This document shows positions 35,175 to 45,878 of a DNA stretch of 64,000 nucleotides, piece after piece. This DNA comes from a virus. The notes beneath the pieces are model-generated. The model ran no database searches, was not told where the DNA came from, and worked only from the letters and a program-made list of their open reading frames with translations. The stretch spans positions 25,265-89,264 of the IMG/VR virus record IMGVR_UViG_3300033149_002311. The stretch is one strand, 5' to 3'. Each line of letters begins with the position of its first letter. The first letter of the stretch is position 1. The translations under genes and the position numbers were made by a program.

Positions 35175-35971
35175 GAACGAAGTCCCATTAATTGCATCCC
35201 TAAGGTCATCGTATTAGGTCTATCAAATTTGGGGGGCATCGGAAAGCCATCCATCCAACAAAACACAGCGTCATCATAATCAGGATTCCATGAATACCAA
35301 AATGGTTTTACTTCGGCATGATCTATGAACGTGCTCCAGTCATCACGAGCAAATGCTAATGTTTGAATTGTAAATGATAAACTAAATTTAACACCCTTCC
35401 TTATAATTGATCGACCTATAAATTGACCACCCTCTGAAGTTTGATTTATTATCTTATCCATCCGGGATTCTTTAGGTAACATAGCCCCTGAGCCTACGGC
35501 GCGATCCATTTCTAAGGATGCTCCAATTGATGCTACCCCGATAGCACTAGCTGCACCTGTGGAAGTAATTTTAAGACGCCAATATCTGGCAGAAGTTAGA
35601 GTAAAAACATTAAAAATTGGACTGCTATCAACCGGTGTTACCAAATCACCTATATCAACAATACTAGCAGAAAAATTATCCGTGCTGTACTGACATTGAA
35701 TGGTAGCAGCATTATCAAATAAAGTGTGGGCAGCTATACCAAAAAAATCAGCCGGTCTAGCTGATCCATAGTCAACTGTTAAATAAACCACCCCCGCAGC
35801 ATTTGCCTTCCAATAATCATAAGTATTCCAATCATAGGCATTTTCCTTGGGGAAACCGGTGGCCTCACTAGTGACTGTTACTGTCCCAGTGGTAAAGAAG
35901 TTTTCGTATCCGAATTTTGGTTTAGCCACGTTAAGTTCCTTCCCAAATCTTACTAGATGAGCTGTTTGCAT
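35171..35971 (-). CDS. distal-tail-like virion protein
   Basis: Position and discoidin-like ARYWRL motif. Confidence 0.55.
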   Translation of the reverse strand: MQTAHLVRFGKELNVAKPKFGYENFFTTGTVTVTSEATGFPKENAYDWNTYDYWKANAAGVVYLTVDYGSARPADFFGIAAHTLFDNAATIQCQYSTDNFSASIVDIGDLVTPVDSSPIFNVFTLTSARYWRLKITSTGAASAIGVASIGASLEMDRAVGSGAMLPKESRMDKIINQTSEGGQFIGRSIIRKGVKFSLSFTIQTLAFARDDWSTFIDHAEVKPFWYSWNPDYDDAVFCWMDGFPMPPKFDRPNTMTLGMQLMGLRS

Positions 35972-37226
35972 CAGCTATGATTAAGCAACCATCATTACCT
36001 TCCACTGCTGCTACTTGTGGGCCCAATGTACCTAAATTTGACCACGTTATACCATCAACTGAAGTTTGATACATACCAAAGTCACCCGATGCTATCCACC
36101 CAGTACCATAATAGGCTATATTTCTATGGTGCTTACCTGATACGGGTTTTTCGTTTTGGGCCTGTCTCTCAGTCCAAGTAACTCCATTAATGCTAGTAAG
36201 TATTTGACCAAGACTACCGACAGCAACCCATAAATTGTTCGCATAAAGCATACCAAACATGATACCTGAAATATTACGCCAACCTTGAGTCCATGAAACA
36301 CCATTATCTGACGAATAAGCTTGCCAATTTGTTGTTAATGTCCAATTCCCAGCCCCGTCTGTAGCAACTGAAGCACCAGCAGTGCCCGTGCCCGTATTAC
36401 CCCAAGTTAATCCATCATCGATAGATATCCTGGCATTACCTATATATGGTGCAACCCACACACCATTACCATAAGTTATGTTTCGTATACGATTAACCGA
36501 GGTTACTGTATCTACAAGAGTCCAAGTGTTACCGATATCCGTAGATCGGAATATCCAGTTAGTTGTACCGTCGGTGCAAGTGGTTATCCATGTACCTGCT
36601 CCATTTGATTCCACAATATAAGTAATTTGATCAGCCGACATAATTTGTGGCAATGATACTGTTGGAACCCAAGTAGATCGATCAGTTGATTTCCACATTA
36701 CTAATACCGCTGCGATCATCCATGTACCGGTTGAAACGTCAAATGCTATGTCATATTGGGACGCTTCAGACGGTGTTGATGGAGTTCTGTCAGTAAATGT
36801 AAACACCGTTGGTATGGTACATGTTGTGAAACGTGTCATCACAAATGCACCAGAACCTTCTAACGACATCGACACAGTTTCTTCTGCAGTGTGTTCACCA
36901 CCCCTAACAAAGGAAGTTATAGCAAAATTACCGGAAAGAATATCACCATTTTCAAATACTACTTGCATCGATAAGATATTCCTATTATAACAGGCATCCT
37001 CAATAAATTGCGCCGCTGCATCACCAGTGAATATTCCAGAACCAGATGCTGAAATCGATCTGGTGCCCAATCCATCAGGGTTAAGTTCTCTCCAATCATT
37101 AGAATCAAGATTTGTAATTTCTATTGTTTCATTATTGATAGTAATAGTTTTAGAGCGTAAGGCACCTATAGTCGTCATCGTACCACTGATATCAACTTGT
37201 AATAACAAATTTCTACCTTTTGCCAT
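35931..37226 (-). CDS. tail-tube-domain protein fused to a BNR/Asp-box beta-propeller-like domain
   Basis: N-terminal ~133 aa paralogous to 40159..40572; repeated S.DG.TW boxes. Confidence 0.7.
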   Translation of the reverse strand: MAKGRNLLLQVDISGTMTTIGALRSKTITINNETIEITNLDSNDWRELNPDGLGTRSISASGSGIFTGDAAAQFIEDACYNRNILSMQVVFENGDILSGNFAITSFVRGGEHTAEETVSMSLEGSGAFVMTRFTTCTIPTVFTFTDRTPSTPSEASQYDIAFDVSTGTWMIAAVLVMWKSTDRSTWVPTVSLPQIMSADQITYIVESNGAGTWITTCTDGTTNWIFRSTDIGNTWTLVDTVTSVNRIRNITYGNGVWVAPYIGNARISIDDGLTWGNTGTGTAGASVATDGAGNWTLTTNWQAYSSDNGVSWTQGWRNISGIMFGMLYANNLWVAVGSLGQILTSINGVTWTERQAQNEKPVSGKHHRNIAYYGTGWIASGDFGMYQTSVDGITWSNLGTLGPQVAAVEGNDGCLIIADANSSSSKIWEGT

Positions 37227-39535
37227 TACGCAACACCTATACTGGCTATAGTTGCGCCATCTGCTATTTCATCATTAATCTTATCGATTAAACGGCGAAT
37301 GGCACTTTTACTAATTAAGTCATCATCATCACCTAAATTAATCCTAAGATCAACCGCCCCCGCCCCGCCCGCACCCACAGTAGTGGGGGCAGCTATTGTT
37401 GGGGCGGTTGGCGCTGCAACAGAAGCACCACCACCACCACCACCACCACCGCCCCCGCCGCCGCCTACTACCCTTAATTGTTGGGCACCCTGGAGTGCAG
37501 CACCCGCAGCTAAAGCTAAATTAACGGGATAAAACGGGGTAGCATGCAAAGCAAGCATTATAGCCTGCGCAGTAGATGCTATTATACCGGCACGTGCAAA
37601 TAATTTTTGTTGAGCATTCATTTTCGCACCAGCTTTACCTGACAATGATGCTAAGGCATTAAAAATGTTAGCTGCGGCACCCAATCCAGCAGTTAGCATA
37701 AATCGGCGGGTATTTTCACCCTCTTGTGTAATTCTATTTTTATTTTTTTGGTATTCATCTTCCAGCAGTAATAATCTTTCTTTACCTTCCCCCTCTATCA
37801 ATTCTTGTTCGGTGAAAGCGTCAGTAACTATTTGAACACGCTGGTTATAATTTAATGCTAGTAAATCCAATTCACTCAATAATGATTCATCTAATGCTGC
37901 AAGTCGGCTGGCGACTGTTTCAGGATCGAGACCTCCTAAAGCTTCTTTGCGGGTAATACTAGTCAAGGCTTCTTGGTATTCCTCTTCTAATTCTATCATT
38001 TTAGCTTTAGCGGCTGTTATATTTATAATTTGAAGAGCAAGAGCATTAGTAATTATAGCAGTTTGCTCATTGTAACCGAGAGCTAACAACTGCTTTTCGT
38101 TCATCATAGATCTATCAAGTTCTGCAAGTCGACTGGTTGCCATTTCCTTAGTAGTATCACTTAAGGCAACCTTTTGATTTTCAAATGCCTGAATAGTTTC
38201 TATTAACCTATTTATGACTTCTTTTTGTGGGCCACTTAGGGATAACAACGATGCCTTATACTGCAATATCTGAACATTGGTATTACCTAATGTAGCAATT
38301 TGTTTTTCTAAAGAAGCCTGAAATTTATCGTTCGCTTCTTTTATTTTATTCGCCGCAGCTACGTCTTCATCTACTTTTCTTTGCGCTTTTACTTTTTTAG
38401 GACCTTCCGCTGCTAGTTTTCTCAACTCTCTTCTAAGTTTGATTTCTTTTCTAAGAGCCTCCTCCATAGCTTTGGATTTTTTAAAATCATTACTGATACC
38501 AGTTCTAGTTAAAAAGTTTGCTTCTGTAAAGGCTTTCCTTTGTTCCGCCAGCTGAAAAGTCACCATCCTATGCTGACCGACCAATTCTTCGAGGCTGAGA
38601 TCGGAATATGCTTTGGTACTACCGATTAGTGATTTTAAGCCTGCATTAATAGAATCAGATACGGATTTAAGGGATCCAAGGGCACCACTATTCTTTATCA
38701 CTTGTTCAGTGAATTTACTCATTCTCTCATTCATTGTATCGAGGGAACCAGCTAATGTTTTTTGAGATGCTGCTAAACCCGTCCCGCCGACCTGTTTAGC
38801 TACTCCTTCTAATATTAATTCTTGTGCTTTAAATAATTGATTAGTTGCAACTAAATTCTTTATAATATCAGTTTGAGTTTGTGAAAATATAACACCCTGA
38901 CGACGAAGAGCGGTCATACCCCTAACAGGGTCTTCTAAAGCTTTAGCTAAAGAAAGCACATTAGTTTTTAGGGAACCAAAACCAGCCTGTGATAAATCTT
39001 GAGCTAATCTTAGCGTTTCCTTAAAAGCTTCACCTGATATAGATCGAAATGTAAGTAGTATTCCTGATGCTTCTCTAACCGCTTTTGCTGATGTCAGTGT
39101 AGCATCACCAAGACCCACCGCAAACTTATCTATTTGTTTGGATGTTAACCCTGCAGCATAGCCAGTAGCCTTAACTTGACCTTCTAATTGCTGTAATTGA
39201 ACTTCAGCGGCAATTCCCATAGAGATAGCTTTGCGGAGTGCTAAGGTAAAAGCAGCAAAAGCTAAACCCCCCACTAAAATAAGGGGGTTTACACGACCTA
39301 GTGCCGCGCCAAGGGCACCAATTCTACCGGCAATCGGCCCTAATGGCCCTTGTAAAATAGCAACAGATGATGCCATTTCCCTGAGAGCACTGGAAGCATC
39401 AGTGACACCTTTTTTAGTTTTTTTAGTTTTTTTATTGAATTTTTCAACTTTATTACTAGCCTTATCAAACTGTTGAGTAAATTGTTTGATATTAGCTCTT
39501 AATTCAACAATTAAGTCTTCAACTCTAGTGGTCAT
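37226..39535 (-). CDS. tape measure protein
   Basis: 769 aa helical protein; LAKALEDP..G..AL.R.G motif; follows the chaperones. Confidence 0.88.
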   Translation of the reverse strand: MTTRVEDLIVELRANIKQFTQQFDKASNKVEKFNKKTKKTKKGVTDASSALREMASSVAILQGPLGPIAGRIGALGAALGRVNPLILVGGLAFAAFTLALRKAISMGIAAEVQLQQLEGQVKATGYAAGLTSKQIDKFAVGLGDATLTSAKAVREASGILLTFRSISGEAFKETLRLAQDLSQAGFGSLKTNVLSLAKALEDPVRGMTALRRQGVIFSQTQTDIIKNLVATNQLFKAQELILEGVAKQVGGTGLAASQKTLAGSLDTMNERMSKFTEQVIKNSGALGSLKSVSDSINAGLKSLIGSTKAYSDLSLEELVGQHRMVTFQLAEQRKAFTEANFLTRTGISNDFKKSKAMEEALRKEIKLRRELRKLAAEGPKKVKAQRKVDEDVAAANKIKEANDKFQASLEKQIATLGNTNVQILQYKASLLSLSGPQKEVINRLIETIQAFENQKVALSDTTKEMATSRLAELDRSMMNEKQLLALGYNEQTAIITNALALQIINITAAKAKMIELEEEYQEALTSITRKEALGGLDPETVASRLAALDESLLSELDLLALNYNQRVQIVTDAFTEQELIEGEGKERLLLLEDEYQKNKNRITQEGENTRRFMLTAGLGAAANIFNALASLSGKAGAKMNAQQKLFARAGIIASTAQAIMLALHATPFYPVNLALAAGAALQGAQQLRVVGGGGGGGGGGGGGASVAAPTAPTIAAPTTVGAGGAGAVDLRINLGDDDDLISKSAIRRLIDKINDEIADGATIASIGVA

Positions 39536-40136
39536 GATTTTTTATCCAATAATTCCTTCAAATCATTGAATTCCTTCCTAGTCATAGGCTTATCCTCAGA
39601 TTCAATGGTATTAGCTTTAGTATACCCTTCACTAGCGGCTAATAATTCACACATTGTCGATTCCCAAAATTGTTGAGGCGACCACATTAACACTCCTAGA
39701 GCAAATCTCATGTGAAGACGGAAATCCTTAGCCTCCTCGTCTTCACTTACTTTTTTGGGTCTTCAGTTTGTTCCTCCGCAGATTTACTACCGGAAATACC
39801 ATATACCAAATAAGTTATAATCGGACCAGCATCCTCTACCATAGAGCCTTTAACTAAATCCTGATTAACTATATTTAACATACCATCATCAACTACCATT
39901 TGCCCGATCTCATTTATACTAGGGGCTTCATCTTTATTATAACCCCAAATACCTGACCAAACTACGGCAGTCACCTTTTTAAGTGAAACGCTCCCCGTTT
40001 GTAAATCTATCACTAATTGAGGGAGCGTTGTATTCAACACATCTTCCAATTCACATAGTGCCTCAAATGATGGCCTCATAATATAAGTTTTACCTGACAA
40101 ATTAATACTAACTTCCCCGCGCTGACTATTAGCCAT
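39532..40136 (-). CDS. tail assembly chaperone GT (programmed -1 frameshift product)
   Basis: A-AAA-AAG slippery heptamer (39750-39756) just before the stop; -1 frame open to 39532 encoding ...ALGVLMWSPQQFWEST..EL...PMTRKEF. Confidence 0.8.
39747..40136 (-). CDS. tail assembly chaperone G (GTA-gp10-like)
   Basis: MANSQRGEV.I.L.G..Y.MRPSF.AL.ELE. Confidence 0.8.
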   Translation of the reverse strand: MANSQRGEVSINLSGKTYIMRPSFEALCELEDVLNTTLPQLVIDLQTGSVSLKKVTAVVWSGIWGYNKDEAPSINEIGQMVVDDGMLNIVNQDLVKGSMVEDAGPIITYLVYGISGSKSAEEQTEDPKK

Positions 40137-40158
40137 CGTATTGCTCCTTTGATAAATA

Positions 40159-40572
40159 TTAAGCCCGAATTAATGTTACATTCGCTGAACTTTCGAATGA
40201 TGCGCTGAAAGTTTGTTCAGCAGTATGTTCACCACCATACTCAAATGACGTAACTTGGAAGAAACCTTGGATGATATCACCATTTTCAAATACCATCTGA
40301 AATTCCTGTGTTAAACCATCCATAGCTAAATCTTCAATATCATTCACAGCAGCATCATCTTGAAATACACCAGAACCACTCATTGATACAGAGCGGATAC
40401 CAGTATTACCCAATAATTGACGCCACGGGGCATCATCACTTGTGGTAATGTCAACAGTTTCGTTATTGATAGTGATAGTTTTAGATCGCAATCCTGCAAT
40501 AGTGGTGAATGTACCCGGTGAGGTACCATCACTGATCTTCAATAAAATATTACGTCCTCTACTGGCTGCCAT
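40159..40572 (-). CDS. major tail tube protein (TP901-1/GTA type)
   Basis: GR..LLKI...IAGLR......N.ETVD.T......WR.LL...G.RS....GSG.F. Confidence 0.88.
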   Translation of the reverse strand: MAASRGRNILLKISDGTSPGTFTTIAGLRSKTITINNETVDITTSDDAPWRQLLGNTGIRSVSMSGSGVFQDDAAVNDIEDLAMDGLTQEFQMVFENGDIIQGFFQVTSFEYGGEHTAEQTFSASFESSANVTLIRA

Positions 40573-40586
40573 TTTCAGTTCCTCTA

Positions 40587-41240
40587 TTAATTAAACATAT
40601 AAATATAATCGCTTTTAATGCGATCGACTTTTTCTGCACCAAGCTCTTTTAAAAAATTTAATGGTGCATACATATCATTATTAAATCTTTCCGCCATCCC
40701 TTTCTTTATTTCAACAAAAACTACGGGCTTGTGTCTACATATCGTTTCCTTTGCCCCCTTTAATGCTAAATATTCAGCGCCTTCTAGATCTAATTTCAAT
40801 AATCCCAGTGATGGTAAATCTAAATTATCAATGCTATCCATTGGGATTTCACCATTAGGGTCTTGTTTAACAAATCTAGACCCTGTATTACCCGGTCTAG
40901 TTATATCATCCATTGAAGTTACAAGTCCCTGACGATCACCCAGCGCTTCATTAAATTGTTCTATATTTAGAAATTCTTTTGTATTCCTACATAAACATTC
41001 AAACGTGTCGGGTGCTGGTTCAAATGATAAGACATACTTAAATTGTTTAGCCATCTCAATCGACCATGTTCCCACGTGGGAACCACCATCGATAGCATAT
41101 CCCCATGATGTCACATAAGATAAAGCTATATTAAGACGATCTATCTGAAAACCATTCTCCTTTTCAAATATTTTACCAAAATATTGATCGCTATCGGGCA
41201 ACCATAAACCGCCATGCTGTTTCATACTTTCCTCTGCCAA
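40587..41240 (-). CDS. FkbM-family methyltransferase
   Basis: IDGGSHVG.W, SFEP, ALG, LKLDLEG.E...L.GA..TI....P. Confidence 0.85.
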   Translation of the reverse strand: MAEESMKQHGGLWLPDSDQYFGKIFEKENGFQIDRLNIALSYVTSWGYAIDGGSHVGTWSIEMAKQFKYVLSFEPAPDTFECLCRNTKEFLNIEQFNEALGDRQGLVTSMDDITRPGNTGSRFVKQDPNGEIPMDSIDNLDLPSLGLLKLDLEGAEYLALKGAKETICRHKPVVFVEIKKGMAERFNNDMYAPLNFLKELGAEKVDRIKSDYIYMFN

Positions 41241-42022
41241 TATTTATGCTCATGCATCGTTGTTAAATCTATATCATTGGATCTACCAGACTTCTTCCTA
41301 TCGCCTTTTAAATGATCCATAACACTACCTAAGATGCTATTAATAAATATATGACCGCGATTTGGTGATGGTATACCATAACCCGGAATATTTTTAGAAA
41401 TTCTAATTTTATCAAATACATATGAATCATGCCACTCGGCAAAATCTATAACCTTACCATTTTTATATACATCAGCAAACTCGGAAATAAAGGGGTGGCA
41501 GGCTGGGTGATTTAAATTATACCCAACAAAACCACATTCGCTATATGATCCGGGGCGATTTAAAAAGCTGAGAGCGACATTATTCGGCAGAAGGCTGTCT
41601 AAAAAATCAATAGAAATTTTAGCAAAAGTTAATACATCAGCGTCTACCCAGAACATCTTCCCGGTTTTATTAACTGATGCTGCATCCTCGATAGCAAATA
41701 CTTTTCGAGCAAACTTTATCATATCAAATCTGTAGTTATATCCTTCCATTATACATTTCTTTTTCCATGGTAGGGGCTGATTAACCAAGGCCCCATTAAA
41801 TAATGGGTTATCTGAATATTCCCCCAAAAAAGTATAGCAGTTCTTGACATATTTTATCAAGTTTACATTATGATGTCGTAACACAATGGGGTCATCAGAC
41901 CCCTCGTGGTATATCATGAGGGATACTTCGGGGGGCCAAAATTGTTTAAAAGTCTCTATGAATCTACGGCCATACTCATGAAACCCCTTTTTACTAAAGC
42001 TTGTTACGACTGTATAATTCAT
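41222..42022 (-). CDS. GT-A fold glycosyltransferase
   Basis: KVFA...WVDAD (DxD)...SECGF...WHDSYVFD...H.KG. Confidence 0.75.
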   Translation of the reverse strand: MNYTVVTSFSKKGFHEYGRRFIETFKQFWPPEVSLMIYHEGSDDPIVLRHHNVNLIKYVKNCYTFLGEYSDNPLFNGALVNQPLPWKKKCIMEGYNYRFDMIKFARKVFAIEDAASVNKTGKMFWVDADVLTFAKISIDFLDSLLPNNVALSFLNRPGSYSECGFVGYNLNHPACHPFISEFADVYKNGKVIDFAEWHDSYVFDKIRISKNIPGYGIPSPNRGHIFINSILGSVMDHLKGDRKKSGRSNDIDLTTMHEHKYWQRKV

Positions 42023-42885
42023 GACAATTGTTCCTTAAGATATTGCATGGCCTCCCCATTTTTTAACTCTTCTAAAGTCCATTGACAATATGCTAAATCA
42101 TATGCCCATTGTAACCGTTCAGACTCAGAGGGAAAAAACAATTCTTTTTTAAGATTTATTAATTCAGCATTAGCTACTGGATTAGCAATACACTCCCCCA
42201 AACTAATGGCAGGGATACCGAAAAATATCGCATCTAATGAAGCATTACTACCGTGGGTAACAAGGCAATGAACACGATCTAATTCAGCATATATTTTTTT
42301 ATTTGGGCCAGAAAATATTGTCCCTTCAATCGGTGTGGCATTTTTAAACGAGGGTTTGGGCCGATATATAATCGGTTTTTTTGTACATTTGCGAATTCGA
42401 GCAATTATTTTAGCGGCAAATTTATTTGCATCACCCAATCGCCACCAATCACAATATTTTTGTGATTTACCGGCAAACAAAATATATTCACCCTCCGTAT
42501 ATCGTGGGCGCATACTGATACCAAGAGCATCCCAGCGATCAGATGGTCTTGATTTTTTCTGAAAATATGCCATTGGTTGAAAAGCATCTACTGAAAATCT
42601 CCATAATTGTGGCATTGTTTTATGTGCACCTTGTTCTTTACAACGTACATAACCTTTGTCCACATATATGATATGCTTTCCGCAAGCTAAATGATCATTC
42701 ATACAACGTTTACTTTTTCCTTTAACCGAAATTATCATAGCAATATCTGTATCATCCGTGGGGTCTTCATAATCTGCCATACGTCGTATTTCACAATCAA
42801 AACCGTGTATAACTGCACCACTGAGCATGTCATCTGCGATATTTCTTTCATGCGGTTTATCAGAACGGTAAATAACAATTTTCAT
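42019..42885 (-). CDS. capsule-synthesis (KpsS-like) glycosyltransferase paralog
   Basis: D.GY, IIYRPKP, LVTH.SN....A...GIP, LAY.QW...E. Confidence 0.6.
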   Translation of the reverse strand: MKIVIYRSDKPHERNIADDMLSGAVIHGFDCEIRRMADYEDPTDDTDIAMIISVKGKSKRCMNDHLACGKHIIYVDKGYVRCKEQGAHKTMPQLWRFSVDAFQPMAYFQKKSRPSDRWDALGISMRPRYTEGEYILFAGKSQKYCDWWRLGDANKFAAKIIARIRKCTKKPIIYRPKPSFKNATPIEGTIFSGPNKKIYAELDRVHCLVTHGSNASLDAIFFGIPAISLGECIANPVANAELINLKKELFFPSESERLQWAYDLAYCQWTLEELKNGEAMQYLKEQLS

Positions 42886-42886
42886 T

Positions 42887-43738
42887 TTAAAATACCTCCT
42901 TAATTAAATAATCCCACGCCAATCCAGAACGAATTTCAGGCATACTCCATTGCGTGTATGCCACATCATTAAATAATTGTTGGCGTATTTCACTTGATGG
43001 ATATAATGGATGTTCAATATCCTTTAAACCCATCTTAGATAAAGGTTTTGCTAAACCTTCTAATGTGAAAGAAGGGATTCCTTTAACCAAAGCATCGATC
43101 CCAACGTTACTATGGTGTGTTACCACCGCCCATGCACTATCGAGTACCTCTTCTAATTCCTGTTCGGGGGGTGAATATGTTGTCCCATCAATTGGACCAG
43201 CCCCCGGCCAAGAAGGTTTTGGACGATAAATAATTTGTCGAGATGTATATCCTTTTAAAGTTGCGATAGCATTTTGTTCCCATTCTTCGGGGGCAAGGCC
43301 GAATACCCATGCTGCCTTTTCAGATTGCCCACATAATAAAATATGGCCTTCTTCATTTTTCTTCATCGGACAGGGGGTGATATTAAATCGTTGCACACGA
43401 TCGGTTCCATGTTTTATGTTTTGGAAATAATCACTGGCATGAAGAGAATCTACAGCTATTCGGTGGTATCCTTCTAATTGACCTCCTTCCGTTCTTCCCC
43501 AATAACCGAGATCAATGAAAACTGCATGCGCATCTTTACACTTAGAATATGTGCGTTGAATTTTTCTTAATTTATCTTTAAGTCCATAAAATATGGCAAT
43601 ATCAGCTTCTATCCCACCGCCCCACCCATTTACAGATTTTACACGATGACTGATACCGCGATTAATAAGTCCTGCCCGCCATGCTGTACATACCTCATGT
43701 GATCTTTTCCCATCACCTTGATAAATTATCGCATGCAT
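42887..43738 (-). CDS. capsule-synthesis (KpsS-like) glycosyltransferase paralog
   Basis: Same motifs as neighbours (DLGY, IIYRPKP, VVTHHSN, AYTQW); start at MHAII. Confidence 0.6.
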   Translation of the reverse strand: MHAIIYQGDGKRSHEVCTAWRAGLINRGISHRVKSVNGWGGGIEADIAIFYGLKDKLRKIQRTYSKCKDAHAVFIDLGYWGRTEGGQLEGYHRIAVDSLHASDYFQNIKHGTDRVQRFNITPCPMKKNEEGHILLCGQSEKAAWVFGLAPEEWEQNAIATLKGYTSRQIIYRPKPSWPGAGPIDGTTYSPPEQELEEVLDSAWAVVTHHSNVGIDALVKGIPSFTLEGLAKPLSKMGLKDIEHPLYPSSEIRQQLFNDVAYTQWSMPEIRSGLAWDYLIKEVF

Positions 43739-43739
43739 T

Positions 43740-44555
43740 TCAATAACCCCCCTTTTGTAATAATTTAAATGGCAACCCCTGTTTAATTTCTTCCTTGGAC
43801 CATTGTAAATAAGCGAGGTTGTAAAAAAATTGTTCGCGTGGTAATTTTTTAGGATCTTCAATATTCAACAAACTTCCCGCGCTTAATTTTTTTGCTATAC
43901 AATTCGGGGCATCTATGAATACAGGAATACCTTTAAGTAATGCTTTATTGGTAATTGAAGGACTGTTCCAAGTTACAATAGCATGTGCATTATCGAGTTG
44001 TTCCATAAGAGGCGTGGTATTGTCAACATTAACATTAGCATAAGAATTTTGCGGAAATTTAGATTTTATTGGTTTAGGCCGATATATGATTGGTCTATCT
44101 GTTATTTTTCTTAGTCGTGTAATTATGTCATCTGGCCAATCACGCGACATAGAATAACGAGTATCTTGATGGCCAAATTGGCCTATAACTAATATTGCTT
44201 CGCCATTCTCTTTCCATGGTTCAATTGCTAAATTAAAATTATCCCAACGATCAGAGGAATGATCAATAACCATCCCCAAACCATTGCCATTATAACCATT
44301 GACATCCACAGCATAATATCGTTGACCATTAATATGGGGGATATAACCATTTTCCATTACAATCCATAATTTATCTTGACTTTTATGGAATTCTCCAGCA
44401 TGATGGTGAGATGAATTACTCCATGGTAGCCATGTAACAAGAACATCTGCGTCAATATACTGAGAAACAAACTCACATCCTGCGTTGCGAAGCCCTTGTT
44501 GAACTTCCCCCCAAGGGTATCCATCGCGATGTTTTATTAAATTACACGCTTTCAT
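43740..44555 (-). CDS. capsule-synthesis (KpsS-like) glycosyltransferase paralog
   Basis: ENGY, IIYRPKP, VTWNS, GIPV, LAYLQW. Confidence 0.6.
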   Translation of the reverse strand: MKACNLIKHRDGYPWGEVQQGLRNAGCEFVSQYIDADVLVTWLPWSNSSHHHAGEFHKSQDKLWIVMENGYIPHINGQRYYAVDVNGYNGNGLGMVIDHSSDRWDNFNLAIEPWKENGEAILVIGQFGHQDTRYSMSRDWPDDIITRLRKITDRPIIYRPKPIKSKFPQNSYANVNVDNTTPLMEQLDNAHAIVTWNSPSITNKALLKGIPVFIDAPNCIAKKLSAGSLLNIEDPKKLPREQFFYNLAYLQWSKEEIKQGLPFKLLQKGGY

Positions 44556-45139
44556 ATTAAATGAGCCCCACCTAAAGGTGTTTTATAAAATTCTTTTAAT
44601 TCTGAATCTTCACACGCATTTAATACCACAATTCCCATACTATCCAGTTTTTCCGCCATCGATTTAAAACACGGTAGCATATTTTTATATTGTTTGGGTC
44701 TACTAGCTACTGGATATCCATCATGCCAATGAGACTCTTTTCCATTGAATTTCATATCGAATCCGAGTAAAACTATTATTCTAGCCCCGAGATGAACCGC
44801 TAAATTCATAGCTGCATAACCAGAATTATTACCATGTTTTAATTGCATATGACCTAAATCAATTCCTTTACACCCAGTTAATTTATAATTTTGTATATCA
44901 GGGTGGTCAACATTTTTATCACCAGTTATTTTAACACCACTGTGTGCTATTAAACCATTTTTATGCCAATTAAAAAATCTCTTGTCTGTGAAATATACTA
45001 CTTCAGCCCGTGGTATAACTTCATATGATCTATTAACGGCGATTATTCTTTTATTCTTTAAAAGGTCCCAATCATAACCTTTTAAAGACGGGCCACCACC
45101 AGCTATATAAATTACCCTTTCATCGTTGCGAAGTTCCAT
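44552..45139 (-). CDS. DUF115/MptE-like (Maf-type glycosyltransferase-related) protein
   Basis: GGGPSL, IAVN, NSG..A..LA...GA..I.LLGFD....HW. Confidence 0.7.
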   Translation of the reverse strand: MELRNDERVIYIAGGGPSLKGYDWDLLKNKRIIAVNRSYEVIPRAEVVYFTDKRFFNWHKNGLIAHSGVKITGDKNVDHPDIQNYKLTGCKGIDLGHMQLKHGNNSGYAAMNLAVHLGARIIVLLGFDMKFNGKESHWHDGYPVASRPKQYKNMLPCFKSMAEKLDSMGIVVLNACEDSELKEFYKTPLGGAHLI

Positions 45140-45495
45140 GATAACTCCGGTCTGTTGTCTTCTCGGTCATAACCCAATGGGATAGGGCCGGATTGTAAAG
45201 GGAAAACATATATATAGCCTGATATAGTAGAATCATTTAAACTATCGAACACCTCCTGTATTTTGATTCTAGCAGCCTCATAACCAAATTTACTGCCGCG
45301 GACCCTAACCTGAAAAGTTGGGTATTCATATTTAGTCCCAGGGGTTTGATCAGGGGCGTCACCCCCAGTCTCAAATAATGCGATCACGTTATCGGGAGTG
45401 GGTGGCATATATGATTTAGCAAGTACCCAGTCGGTTACCCCACCAACTACGCCATCAGACGTTAATTCAGCACCAATATCATCTAATATGCTCAT
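45112..45495 (-). CDS. tail terminator/minor virion protein
   Basis: YPTFQVRVRG...LG.D...R..NF; neck-module position. Confidence 0.7.
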   Translation of the reverse strand: MSILDDIGAELTSDGVVGGVTDWVLAKSYMPPTPDNVIALFETGGDAPDQTPGTKYEYPTFQVRVRGSKFGYEAARIKIQEVFDSLNDSTISGYIYVFPLQSGPIPLGYDREDNRPELSWNFATMKG

Positions 45496-45878
45496 CTTTT
45501 AAGACTCTTTGTGGCTATCTTAATATCCTTTGCAATTCGTTTGCTCATCCCAGATATAGCCTTTCTAGCTGGTATTTCTAAAAATTTAGCCATACCATTG
45601 GTGTGCCAAGCATCAATTATTTCATGGACAGCAGCCGCATAATTCACATTCCCACCACCAAATTTAATAGAGATAACATTACCAATCGGCCCGGTAACTT
45701 TACCGGAATCCCTTAATGCACCAGTGGCTACAGGGACCAATTCTTTGCTCTGTATTAAAATACCATTCGCCTCCTCTTTTAAAGATTTAGTAAGAGCCGC
45801 CTCAGCTATTTCACCATATCTTTTCATCTGGGATTGAATTTTATTAATCCCTTTAATATCCATAGATATGGTTGTCAT
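45492..45878 (-). CDS. HK97 gp10-like tail completion protein
   Basis: VPV.TG.LR.S...YA..VHE...AKFLE. Confidence 0.75.
   Translation of the reverse strand: MTTISMDIKGINKIQSQMKRYGEIAEAALTKSLKEEANGILIQSKELVPVATGALRDSGKVTGPIGNVISIKFGGGNVNYAAAVHEIIDAWHTNGMAKFLEIPARKAISGMSKRIAKDIKIATKSLKR

Noticed and set aside
39750-39756. Tail chaperone -1 frameshift as a novelty
   Set aside because: Real but a well-known G/GT frameshift of long-tailed phages; listed only as a feature.
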